From NCBI GenBank assembly GCA_013239625.1, contig MU053881.1, forward strand, positions 9,819,957 to 9,883,956: a DNA stretch of 64,000 bases. Reading direction: 5' to 3'. A model generated the notes under the pieces. The model saw nothing but the letters and a program-made list of their open reading frames with translations, searched no databases and was not told the origin of the DNA. Below, piece by piece: positions 53,001 through 64,000 of this stretch (its first letter is position 1; the number at the start of each line of letters is the position of its first letter). Source of the stretch: Lama guanicoe. Lineage: Eukaryota. The position numbers were made by a program, and so were the translations under genes.

Positions 53001-54989
53001 GATCATGCCAGGCTAATTAGTTCATGTAATAGGGCAAAATCACAGACCTTCATAGCTTGAAAGAGCATGGATTAAGTCCCTGGACTCCACGGGACACCTG
53101 GTCAGTGGTGAGCCCCAGCTCTACCACTTACTTGCTGTAAGACTAACTGGCTCCACCACGTGCTGGCTACGTCACTAACAACAGGACTTTCCAGTTGGGA
53201 TCTTGGCAGGAACAACCGCAGTGGTAACAACAGGAACAGAAAATAAACACCATGATCGCGGAAACTAATAATAGTGAATTTCCGTCAGCTGTATTTTAGA
53301 CACTGTGTGGAGTGCTTTATGTAACTTAGCTCGTTCAATCACAGATGCCATACAAAATAAGATATCAGAGGCTATCAGCATTTTATCTTGCAGCATTATC
53401 ACAAAGATCAAAAGGAAATATTGATAGTGAGGTATACTGGGAGCTGTAAACAGAAATCCACAAGTCAGTCTATTTCCTTCTCTCTGTGCACCAGGAGCTC
53501 AAGCTGGGCCCTTTCATCTCCGCCTTTGCACGTGCTGTGTCATCTGTCTGAAATGCTTTTGTCTTTCTTCTTCTGCAGCCTCCTGTTTGTCCTGCACGAT
53601 TCAGCTCAGAGAAGCAGTGTGAGGGGGACAGATGTTCGCCCTCTCAACATGTTTCCTTTTTGAGCCAAAATGTAACTTCTTCTGACCTCCTGGGTCAGAG
53701 AAAGTGTTCACCCTTCTTTGCAACACCATTTCTCACTTACGTTCACGGGAGGCAGAGGGACTTCACTGTGCGGAAAGAGGAAAAAAGTGCTCCTGCATAT
53801 TCATCTTCCTCTTGAGGCTCTCTCCCAAGCGAGTCGCCCACCACCTCCATCTCCGCAGGGTGAGTCACCCAGGGGAGCTCTTCCCTGGCCTGGGGAGCTG
53901 AGCGGCAGGGATCTGGGTCCTTTGCCAGTGATGAGGGAGTAACCAACTCATCTGGGCAGGCCATCAGGGCTGCGGGCTGGGAAAAACCCAAGTGGACCCC
54001 TGGTTCAAGTCACCTTCTCCAGTCCCACTCTACTGTAATGACGTCGATAATTTTTATTGCTCTCTCACTCCTATATTGACTTTTGATTGATTTGGAAGCT
54101 GGAGGGTAGGGGTAGCAAATAACGGGCACATCCTGAAAACAATCCACCCCAGCCTCCCCTAGCTCCCCCAGCAATGTTCTTAGAGAACAATTAGGGCACT
54201 GTTTCCCTGCCTGACTCTTCATGCAGCTGAGCCAGGGGTGGAGTCAACCGACATCTGCATCCTCAGTACGAGCAGGATTTGGGACACCGTGTACTGGGCA
54301 TTGTGTATCGAGGATGTAGTAGGTAACAATCAAGGAAAGAGCAGGAGTAACTCCGAGAGAGTCTCTCAGTGCTTTCTTAGCTTATCTTTGCAGCAGTCAC
54401 ATTTGAATGTTGGCCCCACTCCAGACAAGCGATACCACTTGAGAGCCCTGCACCCAAAGATCAGAACAAGAAGATCACCTCTAAGTAGGAGGACTCCATG
54501 CACGTGGTTCTGTGTTTGTCTTCCAAAGGTGGCAAGTCATCCGGATGAGATGCCAGAATGTCATACAGTCACTGGCTTCCAAGCCATGTCAGAATATTAG
54601 GAAAGATCTCTCACTAGTGATGTTTCATCTTATACCAAAGGATTTCATAGTCATTAAAAAACATGGCAACGAGGAACGCTTCTTAGCTCTCCAAGAACAT
54701 TATTAACCACCAAAACACTGAAGAGCTGGACACAGGAGGGCACCCTCTGAGATGCCCCTGACAGTCTGTGTTGATTACATGTTCTGCCCTTCTGGCTTCT
54801 TCCAACTAAAGCCGGAGCTACACTCTTATACAAGTTTCTGAAAATACGGAACTGGCCTTGGTACTCAAAGCAGAACACTAAGCATTTGTCCCGGAACTTG
54901 GAAGACTAAGACTGAGACACCGTAAGTCCTCAAGTAGTCTGTGATGACAGTTTCCAAATTACACGTTGACAGTGAAAGTCTTAATTTCT

Positions 54990-55200
54990 AGCTGGCATTT
55001 ATTGAGTGTTACTACACACCAAGTGTTTGATCTGCAGCATTTCATTTAATCCTCGCAACACTCAAGGGAGAGAGAGAATGTTACTCTCATTTTACAGATG
55101 GGGAGATGGAGTTCTGATAACTTGCCCAAGTTAAGGTAGTCAGTAGAGGGACCAGGATTAAAACCCGCATTTTGCTACCCCCATGGCCAAACTGCCTCTC
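54990..55200 (-). mobile_element. MIR SINE
   Basis: catttattgagtg..tcatttaatcctcgcaaca..cattttacagatggggag..aacttgcccaag. Confidence 0.75.
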
Positions 55201-55399
55201 CCTGGCTCAGGTTTTAAGAGTGATCCAATCCATGGGCAACTCCTCAGGTGTGCATATTGGTAAATGCCTTGGATTGTTTAGCTGAGAAACTGTTTCAAAA
55301 ATTCAAGCTAACATCAATAACTTGGTCTATTTGTCCACTGACATGAGATCACATAGGATAGTAGGTCGGTGTGTGGGTTCTGTGACCTGACAGCCCTGT

Positions 55400-55745
55400 G
55401 TTTAAATGACCTAAAGAAAGTAACTTCCTCTTGGGAAACTGGAGTTATGTCAGCTGTTAAAATGGGAATAACAGAAGTATCTACTTTTATAGAGTTTTTA
55501 TAAATATCAAAAGCAATGAAAGACGTTTCTTCTGTAAAGCATAGGGAACCATATTCAATATCTTGTAGTAACTTATTATGAAAATGAATATACATATGTT
55601 CATGTATGACTGAAACATTATGCTGTACACCAGAAATTGACACATTGCAAACTGAGCATACTTCAATTAAAAATAAATAAATAAAAGGCAATAAAGAATT
55701 TAGAAAAGGGATTGGCCCCCAGAAAGTTATCAACAGATGTTAGAA
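55400..55745 (+). mobile_element. MIR interrupted by a short young L1 3' end (~55524-55682)
   Basis: MIR core ctgttaaaatgggaataa; L1 tail gcatagggaaccatattcaatatcttgtagtaac..tgctgtacaccagaaattgacac + A tail; degenerate TSD aaaagcaatgaaaga / aaaaggcaataaaga. Confidence 0.75.
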
Positions 55746-55844
55746 ATTAACCTGTGGGTTTCAAATGAAGAAAATCCTTTGTAATTCTAGTGGCTTCTAT
55801 ATAAACTCTCAAAGATTTGTGAAAAGTTTTTGTTTTAATTGAAG

Positions 55845-56017
55845 TTTTGTTTATTTATTTATTTTAGTTTTAGGGGTTTCTTTCTGGGGGGGAGGAGAAG
55901 TAATTAGGTTTGTTTATTTGTTTATTTATTTATTTTTAAATGGAGGTACTGGGGATTGAATCCAGGACCTTGTGCATGCTAGGCACACAATTTACCACTG
56001 AGCTATACTCTCTCCCC
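55845..56017 (-). mobile_element. tRNA-derived SINE, camelid Vic-1 type
   Basis: Minus strand GGGGAGAGAGTATAGCTCAGTGG (A box)..GCATGCACAAGGTCCTGGATTCAATCCCCAGTACCTCC (B box), then (A3T)n, CCTAATTAC-C-rich segment and A-rich tail. Confidence 0.85.
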
Positions 56018-58139
56018 TTTGACTTTTTTTTTTTTTTTGGAAACAATATCTCATCTGGTAAAAAAATACATTAGACTCAAGATTTTAAAAGGGAAGACAA
56101 GAACTTTACAGAAATTTATATAGACTAACTGTTCCCTCAAAATGCATCTGTCTTCCTGAACCCCTCACTGATGGACAGAGAACGTGTGCTTTCCAAGTTC
56201 ATGACATCCCAAAGGGTAGCCTTGGAATATTACTATAGATTCTAGAAAAGTATAACTTACTTCTAGCATTGTAAATTGAAGAGCGAATAGCTCCTAACCC
56301 TGTTGATCAGCTGCTGTTGAGGGTTGAAACTGACCATGGAGGAGAAAAAAAAAAAACTCTCTTCTTAAAGGCTCCCAAAAAATATCCCGACACATGGAGA
56401 CTAGCACACTTGTTATTCCACCAGATTTCCCCACACCTGCATGCATATAACACATCATTTTAAAAATTCACTACCAACATTTGAAATTGGATTCATTTTA
56501 ACGTGGGGGAAAAAAATACTAAGAAAACTGCTAGTTACCAATGGCCAAAAAGGAAGACTTTTCCATACAAGGAACAATTTCTGGAGCTCTGTGCAAAGCT
56601 AATTTTGTCCTCCTCCTTCTTTTATTTATATTACAGATATTTTGCAAGTTCCGTAAGACTCCATCCCACACAAGATAGTGAATCGAAGTGTCACAGAAGA
56701 CTGAATTTCCTCAGCATTTCACAGTTACCAAAACACCTGTGCTAAATACTTTTCTGTGTATCAGCTGTGAAAAACTCCCTGTTCAGTAGCCCTCCAATTT
56801 CTCATTTATTACCCATGGTGGAGGAATTCTGGGTGCCTAACAATAGGTTATTGTTAAGCACTTGGAAGAATAGTGTTTCAAGAGCTTCACAATGGATTTA
56901 AAAAAAAAAGGTACCAGCAAATTTCACCTACACTCCTTACAGACAGTCGCTTCTACCTCTTCTGAGATGCCGCCTTATCTGGAAATTAATTAAGCAGAAA
57001 CTAGATGGGCACAAATACCGTAACATCCTGAAGCTTAATTAGCAAATGCTTTTTAACTTCACAACAGGTCCTAGCCTTGTTGGTTACTTTGTTTCTTAAG
57101 AGAGGAGAAAGCCAAGCTGGTATTATTCTTTGCTTCTTTTCAGAGAGGAAACAAGCATGGAAATTTAAAAATAGATCAAGGGATGCTTGGAGGGCAGCTC
57201 CCTAGCAACCCGGGCTGCCTAGCCGGTATGCTAACATGAGTGGCCAGCGCTCTGCCAGGTGTATCTGCAAGCCACTCCCACTGATGGCGAAGATGTGGAG
57301 GGAATACAAATGCGTGCAGACAGGGAGAGGCCACGCACAGGTGCCAGGTATCCCTCCAAGTCGCAGGCAGTCTGACTGGGGGTGGGGGGGTGTCCATGAC
57401 TGTGCCCAGCAAATTTCTCAACTACACCCCCCCCCCCAGTGAGGCTACCAGCCCATCTCCTGGGGTCAAGCAGAGAGGCTGGAGGTGGGAGGACTCGTGG
57501 TCATCAAAGACCCATGAGAAGAGAAATCATTTCTGAAATGATTGCTGTTTGACAGTCAAAAATCATGGCTCTGCCTTTTCTTTATTAAGTAACAAAGGAG
57601 AAAATGAAAAAGATGGAATGTTTATTGATAGTCTTTGTGCCTGGTGCCACAGAGCTTGTTTTTGAGGCTCTGATGTGAAGGGGGAAAATAAAATTCCTGC
57701 ATGTCATAGAGCTGCAGAGTACAGGCGCCCTGGTGTGCACTGTGAAAATACCATAGAAAAATATGACATCAAATTGTCTGCCTACGATGATACCATTTCT
57801 TATTAAAATAAAAAGAAGAAAGGTATAGAGACTAACAATGCATTTCTTTTTCTCACTCAGACTTCACATAAGGAAATTTACCTGGATTTTCAAGATGTTA
57901 AAAACAAGTCCTCGTGTCAAAAATGGAATAATTAAGCATTCAATACCAGCCCATTAACCAGATGTGATTCCCCCACATATTGATTTTTTTTTTCTTTTTG
58001 GCTTGCTTGTTCAAGATGTCTTTGAAGGAAAATGTCAAGCAACTTATTTTTATTCAAAATGTTTTTCCTTTCTCCCTCCCTTCCCCTTCCTTCCTTTTAA
58101 GACACCAGTCTCAAATCGTTGGCCATTCATTACTTTTTG

Positions 58140-58660
58140 TACAAATATTTTTGTCTTCAACTTTCTTTGAACAGTGAAAAATTCTACAATAAAAAGGTAC
58201 AAAGAGGAATATAATGAAGTTTCATGTTTTCATCACCAAGATTAAGGAATGAAATCCTACAAATGATACTGAAGTTCACATTTTTACCTCCTGATCTCAT
58301 TCCTTTCCCACACACTGAGAGGCAGTGTTCCCAGAATTTGGTATATATCATTTCCAAGAATCTCTTTATAACTTCCTTCTATATGCACCTATCTGTAAAC
58401 AATATTGTCTATGTTTCCAAATTTTTAATTTATTGTTATATTATACAACTTGATTTTTTAAATTCTGTAACTTGCTTTTAAAAAAACGCAAAATTGTATT
58501 TTTGAGATTTATTCATGTTAGTACATTTGTTTTCATTTCATAGACTATCTACTCAAATGAATAAAATACAATTTAATTATCCACTTTTTTCAACTGTAAG
58601 TCCTGGTTTCCATTTTTCACATAATTATAAGTAATGCTGGTATTATCACTCTTGCTCATG
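58140..58660 (-). mobile_element. Old L1M 3' UTR fragment
   Basis: ttctgtaacttgcttt..tttttgagatttattcatgtt..aatttaattatcca..tttcca..aatgctg. Confidence 0.6.
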
Positions 58661-58779
58661 TTTAAAGACAAATTCTTATCTGCTTGAAACAAATAGTTCC
58701 AAAGCACATGTTGTCACCTCCCCATATATTCCATGACAACCTATGATGTTGCCTTAAAAAAAAAAACTAAAATGTACTG

Positions 58780-58965
58780 CACTCTTATTTGGTAAGACCG
58801 CTCTGCTGGCTCTGTGTTTTCCATTATATACCTCTCGTTGTAGGAGTCTGAAGTAGGTTATTTTATCTTTGTTTTACAGAAACAGAAACTGGGGCTCAGA
58901 GAATGGAAGCAACAGGCAGGCAGAGAGCAGGTGTGGTCTTCAAACATAGAGCTGCCTGACTCCAG
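58780..58965 (-). mobile_element. MIR fragment
   Basis: gttttacagaaacagaaactggggctcagaga..gcctgactccagaagc. Confidence 0.65.
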
Positions 58966-60091
58966 AAGCTCCACCCTACACCACCATCCTCTGCCGCTGA
59001 CCGTGCATAGAAAACTTGCTCCACTGGCCTCCCTAAGTTGAGCATTCTTCCCAACAGAAATTTGTTGGGCATGAATTCAATCAATTCTTATTAAAACGCA
59101 TACAATATGCATTTAACACTGTACCAGTGAATACACAGTATGAAGCACATGAAAAGCACAAAAGGCCGAGATGAGCATGGAATATTGCATTATTAATTAA
59201 TGACCCAAAACACCATGCTCTTTCTGAAACATAAATAGCAGTTATTATTACTGTCATATAGATTGCATATATTAGTATTATTTTGACAAGCAGGCATCTT
59301 ATTGCTTTTATATTTGATTAGAAGTTTAAGAATGAAGAAATGGTTTTATTCGGATATCAGGAAAACAAAGGCATATATTGTGCACTTACTCATCTGATAT
59401 CTATTCTATTGTTCTTTGTGCCTGTATTTCAGAGTCTAGAAGTGCATGAACATCACTGTCATCACCATCAGCCTCACCTTTAATATATTTATAGTGAGGG
59501 CAAAGTAACTGAACATACACTTTGTGTTACAGAAACGTGCAGGTCTGCTTCCAAGTTCAATTTAATTTTTTTCCCCTGAACATGTGTTTTTAATCATTGT
59601 CATTGATAAAAAAGGAAACCTCACCAATCATTGACTGTGCTTACTAAATCATAATATTCATTTTTCAATCTCATTCACCAATTTGGTAAGGGTATTTCTT
59701 GCTTAAATGTAGCTCATGAATTTCAATCTTCTTTAATGTCATTCTGCTATTCTTGCAAACTATACATAATGTGTTATTTTTATTATAATGTAAAAGATTA
59801 GTCCAAAACTTAAAAAAACCTTAAAAACACTATTTAGAAGATTTTAAAATAGGTTTGAAAATGCTATTTCCAAATTTTTTAATACTTAGACGTGAGGCAG
59901 ATTTTTTTTTTAAGTGACACACATTGTTTTCAGCAACAAAACTGCCTTTTAATGTATGCTTTTCCAAACATCGTATTTCAAAATGCCTTCCCAGAGCATA
60001 AGTTTTATAAAATATGTACTTCTTTCACAGTTTGTGAAAATATTACCAAAGAGATTGTTTAAGTGTGTCTTTTTAAAAGATATCTTTGCTA

Positions 60092-60528
60092 GAATAAAAT
60101 AATGCCATTTGCAGCAACATGGATGAAACTGGAAATTGTCATTCTAAGTGAAGTGGGCCAGAAAAAAGAAATGCCATATGATATCACTTACATGTGGAAT
60201 CAAAAAAAAAAAGGACACCAATGAACTACTTATTATTTATAAGTTATACGATTGATTTCTTGAATATGTGTAAGCACATTTGACTGTCCTTTATGACTGG
60301 ATTACTGCCTTCTGTTGATTCTGACTTGTGAGTGGCCTTCTTCCTTTGAGAACTACGTAAGTTTGAAAAGCTAAAGCTCTAATCTGTTCTCAGAAACAAT
60401 AATCAGTACCAATATGTTAACTAAAAACATGTGCAGTATATTGCATATACATATTTACATGTAATATAATGTATATGTGCTGTCAAATTGTAACAGTTCT
60501 ACCAATAAAACTGAAAAATGAAAAGAAA
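60092..60528 (+). mobile_element. L1 fragment (~140 nt) plus ~290 nt atypical 3' sequence, polyadenylated and TSD-flanked
   Basis: aataatgccatttgcagcaacatggatg..gatatcacttacatgtggaatc..aatgaact, then unrelated sequence, AATAAA 60504-60509, A-rich tail; TSD atatctttgcta (60080-60091) / atacctttgcta (60529-60540). Confidence 0.8.
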
Positions 60529-62079
60529 ATACCTTTGCTAATTAATTAGCAAACTCACACATACCCCTTGAGTTCAGTAACACTTTTAAGAACTTTACCA
60601 AGAGAAAATCTGAGAATCTCTACAAGGGACAAAAGCCTTCTTATCAATCTCCATTTCACTATGTACTATACTATATAATGACTCACCTTTACTTTAAGAG
60701 TCTTGTTTTTATAAAATTAGCCACACTGTCGATAACCTGTATTAAAATACAAATTTTTAGTAGACTCCTGAATGAGGTGGTGTATGAACTTCATACCTGA
60801 TGGCTTTCTCATAATCTTAACCCTGTAATCTTTCTTATTCTGCTCAACATCTATGCTATCAATCATTCCACTTCCTGAAATAATCCCACACCTTTCCACA
60901 AAACATAGTTTGTAGGAGAGGAACTGTGCAATAGTGAAAAATTACTTCATGGGAACACTTTTCTTTAGTGACTCAAAAAAAAAGTTATTTTGTAATACGT
61001 TGTTGAATAAAAATCTGGCAAATAACCATAAATTGGAGGAATTAAACTCTATTTATTATATTTATTAAACTATACAGATAAGTTCTTCACAATTCTAAAT
61101 GATGGTTGTATCGCCCAACACTTAGGTATTTTCTATGCATCGACAGTATTTATTGACAAATATTAAGCACAAGTTCTATATTATTTTCGTATGTTGTTTC
61201 AGCTATTTTTGCTGTAGCAGAAAGAACATGTGGCTTTTTATTTTTTGCTAAGACACCTCAAAATAGGCTTCTACATATTAGTCATGAAGTGTACTAACAT
61301 TTTGTAAGGTACTGGAAAGAGCACAGTGTGCATTTTAATATCCCTGAAACAAGTCTAGGCCTTGCCTTCAAGCAACTCTAGGGTGTGCCTTCAAGTTCCA
61401 CATGGCTAGCTTGTAAATGTCTTGTTAATTGTGATGGCTTCATTCTTCTAACCTTAGCTTGTTTCTCAAGGCACAACCCACACTCAGCGAAAATTTTGTG
61501 GTCTTTCACACAAGTAAATCTAAATCCTTACATCAGCTGTGATTCTTCATAAACTCAGTTTATGGACACCAACTTTTCAGTCAAGTTGATTAGATAATCA
61601 TTATTTGGTTGGTTTTTACTTGGTTTTGTGACTTCTGAAGACTTCATTCTAACAGAAGTGTCAGTTCTTTCATTTTCAGTTGTTCATTTATGTTTCCATC
61701 TTTAGTATTTTATCATCTCTAATCTATAGTTTCTTTGCAAGAATCTATTTAGTTAAACCTTGTGTGCATTCTGCAAATCCATTTAACAAAGCCTACGTGA
61801 AGTGCAATACGTCTCAATCCGTCCAAGGAAGATAAAGGAGAAAGGGGGTCTCTGTCGACACCCCATCATGTGGGTTTCCTACACCCCTCCAGGGACACGT
61901 CAGATTAATTTTTCTATAAAATATTATTAAAGTTAATTCCATCTTCTATGTTCATCTAAATAGAAAATGTAAATCTCATTCTCATATTTTCTTCCTATCA
62001 CCTGGGGTACATGCAGCCACTTTACATGATGGTTATAGTATTCTAGACCTAGTTGAAGGGGCTCAAACCCAGATTGAAG

Positions 62080-62350
62080 TTCATTCCCACATTCAGCAAG
62101 TGTTTATTCAGTGCCTACCACATGCCAGGCATAATGCTGATCATGAGGAACACAAAAGAGTTCAACAGAAGAGGATCCGTTTTCATGGAACCTACCGCCT
62201 GGTGCGTGAAAAGACAACTAAGTTAAAAGGCGTAGACTGATAAACTGTAATAAGTAGCCTGATGGAAATGAACACGAGTGGGAGCACAGACATAATTTCG
62301 ATGGTGAGAGCAAAGAAGATGTCTTTGAGGAGACTTGAAAGATGAGAAGA
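62080..62350 (-). mobile_element. L2 3' end
   Basis: cattcagcaagtgtttattcagtgcctaccacatgccaggcat..tcatggaacctac. Confidence 0.75.
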
Positions 62351-62789
62351 TAGTACTGGGAAGAGATGGAAGAACAGGACTCTAACCAACAGCTGGTACA
62401 GTTAGATCACAGTGGGAAAGGGGGAGAGTCTCTATCAGTCTCTCTAAAATTCCAATGCTAGAACAATGGAACTTCTGGAGGCCAATGACAGGATCCAAGG
62501 AAGGGGGCAAGAGGTGTCCCAGTACTGAGGGCAATGAGCAGCTCCAAGGAGACCAAATGGAGGATACAATTTGGATGCCACGTAATTGCTGTGGAAAACA
62601 AAACAAAACAAAACCTATTTCAGGAGCCCTTGGACTCCTAGAACACTTGCAATACCTTCGGTGGGGGATAAGGGAAGTCTAACGAGACAGCGAAAGTGGG
62701 TAGGGATGAAAAGAAAATAATAAAAAATAAAAGGTTATGGGCAACAGCAGTTTGCTACGTATGTACAAATGGATAAGACTTTGTCCTCA

Positions 62790-63030
62790 CTGTTAGATGA
62801 AGCTGGGTTTCAGTGCCAGTTCCACCACCTGCTACCTGAGTTATCCTGATACGGTTAGTTCACCTCTGAGTGACAGCTGGATACAGCTATAAAACAGGAA
62901 TAAAAACAATCACCTGCCCACATAGGTTCTCTGGTAAGTGTGTGATGAGTTGACGTATGTAGTGTTTAACCTGATGCCTGACACACAGAAGAACTTGATG
63001 GACTTCAGCTATCTGTATTGTTACTTCATG
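62790..63030 (+). mobile_element. MIR SINE
   Basis: ctgggtttcagtgccagttccaccac..ttcacctctgag..ctataaaacaggaataa..tgcctgacacacag. Confidence 0.7.
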
Positions 63031-64000
63031 AGTAACATGAAATACTTTTTGTCCCTTGGACATCTGAGAGCCAGCAGACCTCTGAGCGAAGGTTCCAGAC
63101 TTCCAGGATTAGCAATCTTACCCTGTATGTAGGAAGACGCTGTTTTACAGACGGAGCCATCCCTTTGGAAGCAGAATATTGTCATCACAGAGCAAAAAGG
63201 ACCAGACCACTGGAGAAAACAAGGACACCCAAGCTGCCATTCAGTCTGTCACAGGACCTGCTGCCCTCATTCACTGACACACTAACCAATGGTTAGTTCG
63301 TTAAATTCCTCTTTCATTTGGTGATGCTACATAGCACTGACCTTTTCCAGCTCTATGGACGACAATGCTGAAAACAATGTGCTTCAAAGACAATGAAGAG
63401 GCAGGTGTCGGACACAAGGACATAAACGAGCCTTTACATATACAGTTTTACTTTAGAGGAACGGGACTGCCCTTAGCCAGAATTTGTCTCTCTCACCAGT
63501 TCACATGAATTCTACTACTGGATTTCATCATTTCAGCCTTTCCATTCTTTAACAATTTACCATCATAAGAGGCATAACAGAGTTTTCAGCCAAAACTTTA
63601 AACAGGAAATAACTTATCATTTTATTGGACTAAAAGGTAACATGGCCTTATAGAAATGGGAAGAAGGGTGGCACAGAGGTGGCAGAAAAGACAAGCAGTA
63701 TCACAAGGGAGCACATTGTTAGTTGCAGCCACCTTTCCATTTAGGAAAATGGAAGAAGGCTGCCAGTAAAGCCTTAGATCTTGGTGCCCAAAACCCTTTG
63801 ACTCAGTTTCTTCCTAAGAAGAGATTACAACCTAAAACATCTCTTCAAGTGGACCATAGTCCTCAGAGGCCCAGAGGCACTCTGCCTTCCCTAGAACAGA
63901 GTAACTGAAAATTGGACCGGGGCATCCATGAATGTAGAATTAAAATAACAGTAAATACACTGTTTTACAAAATGATTTATTGTGTGTTGGACTGATATTC

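Noticed and set aside
55940..56017. tRNA-like sequence
   Set aside because: SINE head followed by SINE body and A-rich tail, with degenerate stems; not a tRNA gene
1..64000. Prokaryotic-type systems (CRISPR arrays, operons, defence loci) or foreign inserted DNA
   Set aside because: No regularly spaced repeat-spacer array, no gene-dense segment and no compositional break; the window reads as mammalian non-coding DNA throughout

Overview
Eukaryotic, AT-rich, CpG-depleted mammalian genomic DNA, most likely camelid. A tRNA-derived Vic-1-type SINE and cetartiodactyl-type L1 3' ends are present, and I saw no ruminant Bov-B/Bov-tA or pig PRE-1 elements. I recognise no protein-coding gene, rRNA, functional tRNA or CRISPR array. 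Most listed ORFs are chance ORFs or decayed L1 ORF2/MaLR sequence. The window is dominated by interspersed repeats: L1, L2, MIR, MaLR MLT1 LTRs including one LTR-internal-LTR provirus, and hAT-Charlie and Tigger DNA-transposon fossils, with several clean nested insertions. All nine younger L1 pieces and 7 of 9 MaLR elements lie on the + strand, which suggests (inference) an intron of a large minus-strand gene or lncRNA; a few candidate minus-strand exons are noted. The most unusual items are (i) a ~345 bp element fusing an L1 5' end directly to an L1 3' end at an apparent splice junction, (ii) a TSD-flanked L1 fragment carrying ~290 nt of a different, polyadenylated 3' sequence, and (iii) a repeat-poor 52.1-54.1 kb block with long open frames on both strands and clustered TF motifs. 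Repeat family names come from my recollection of consensus sequences, not a database run, and boundaries without TSDs are approximate. I found no convincing evidence of a novel biological system.
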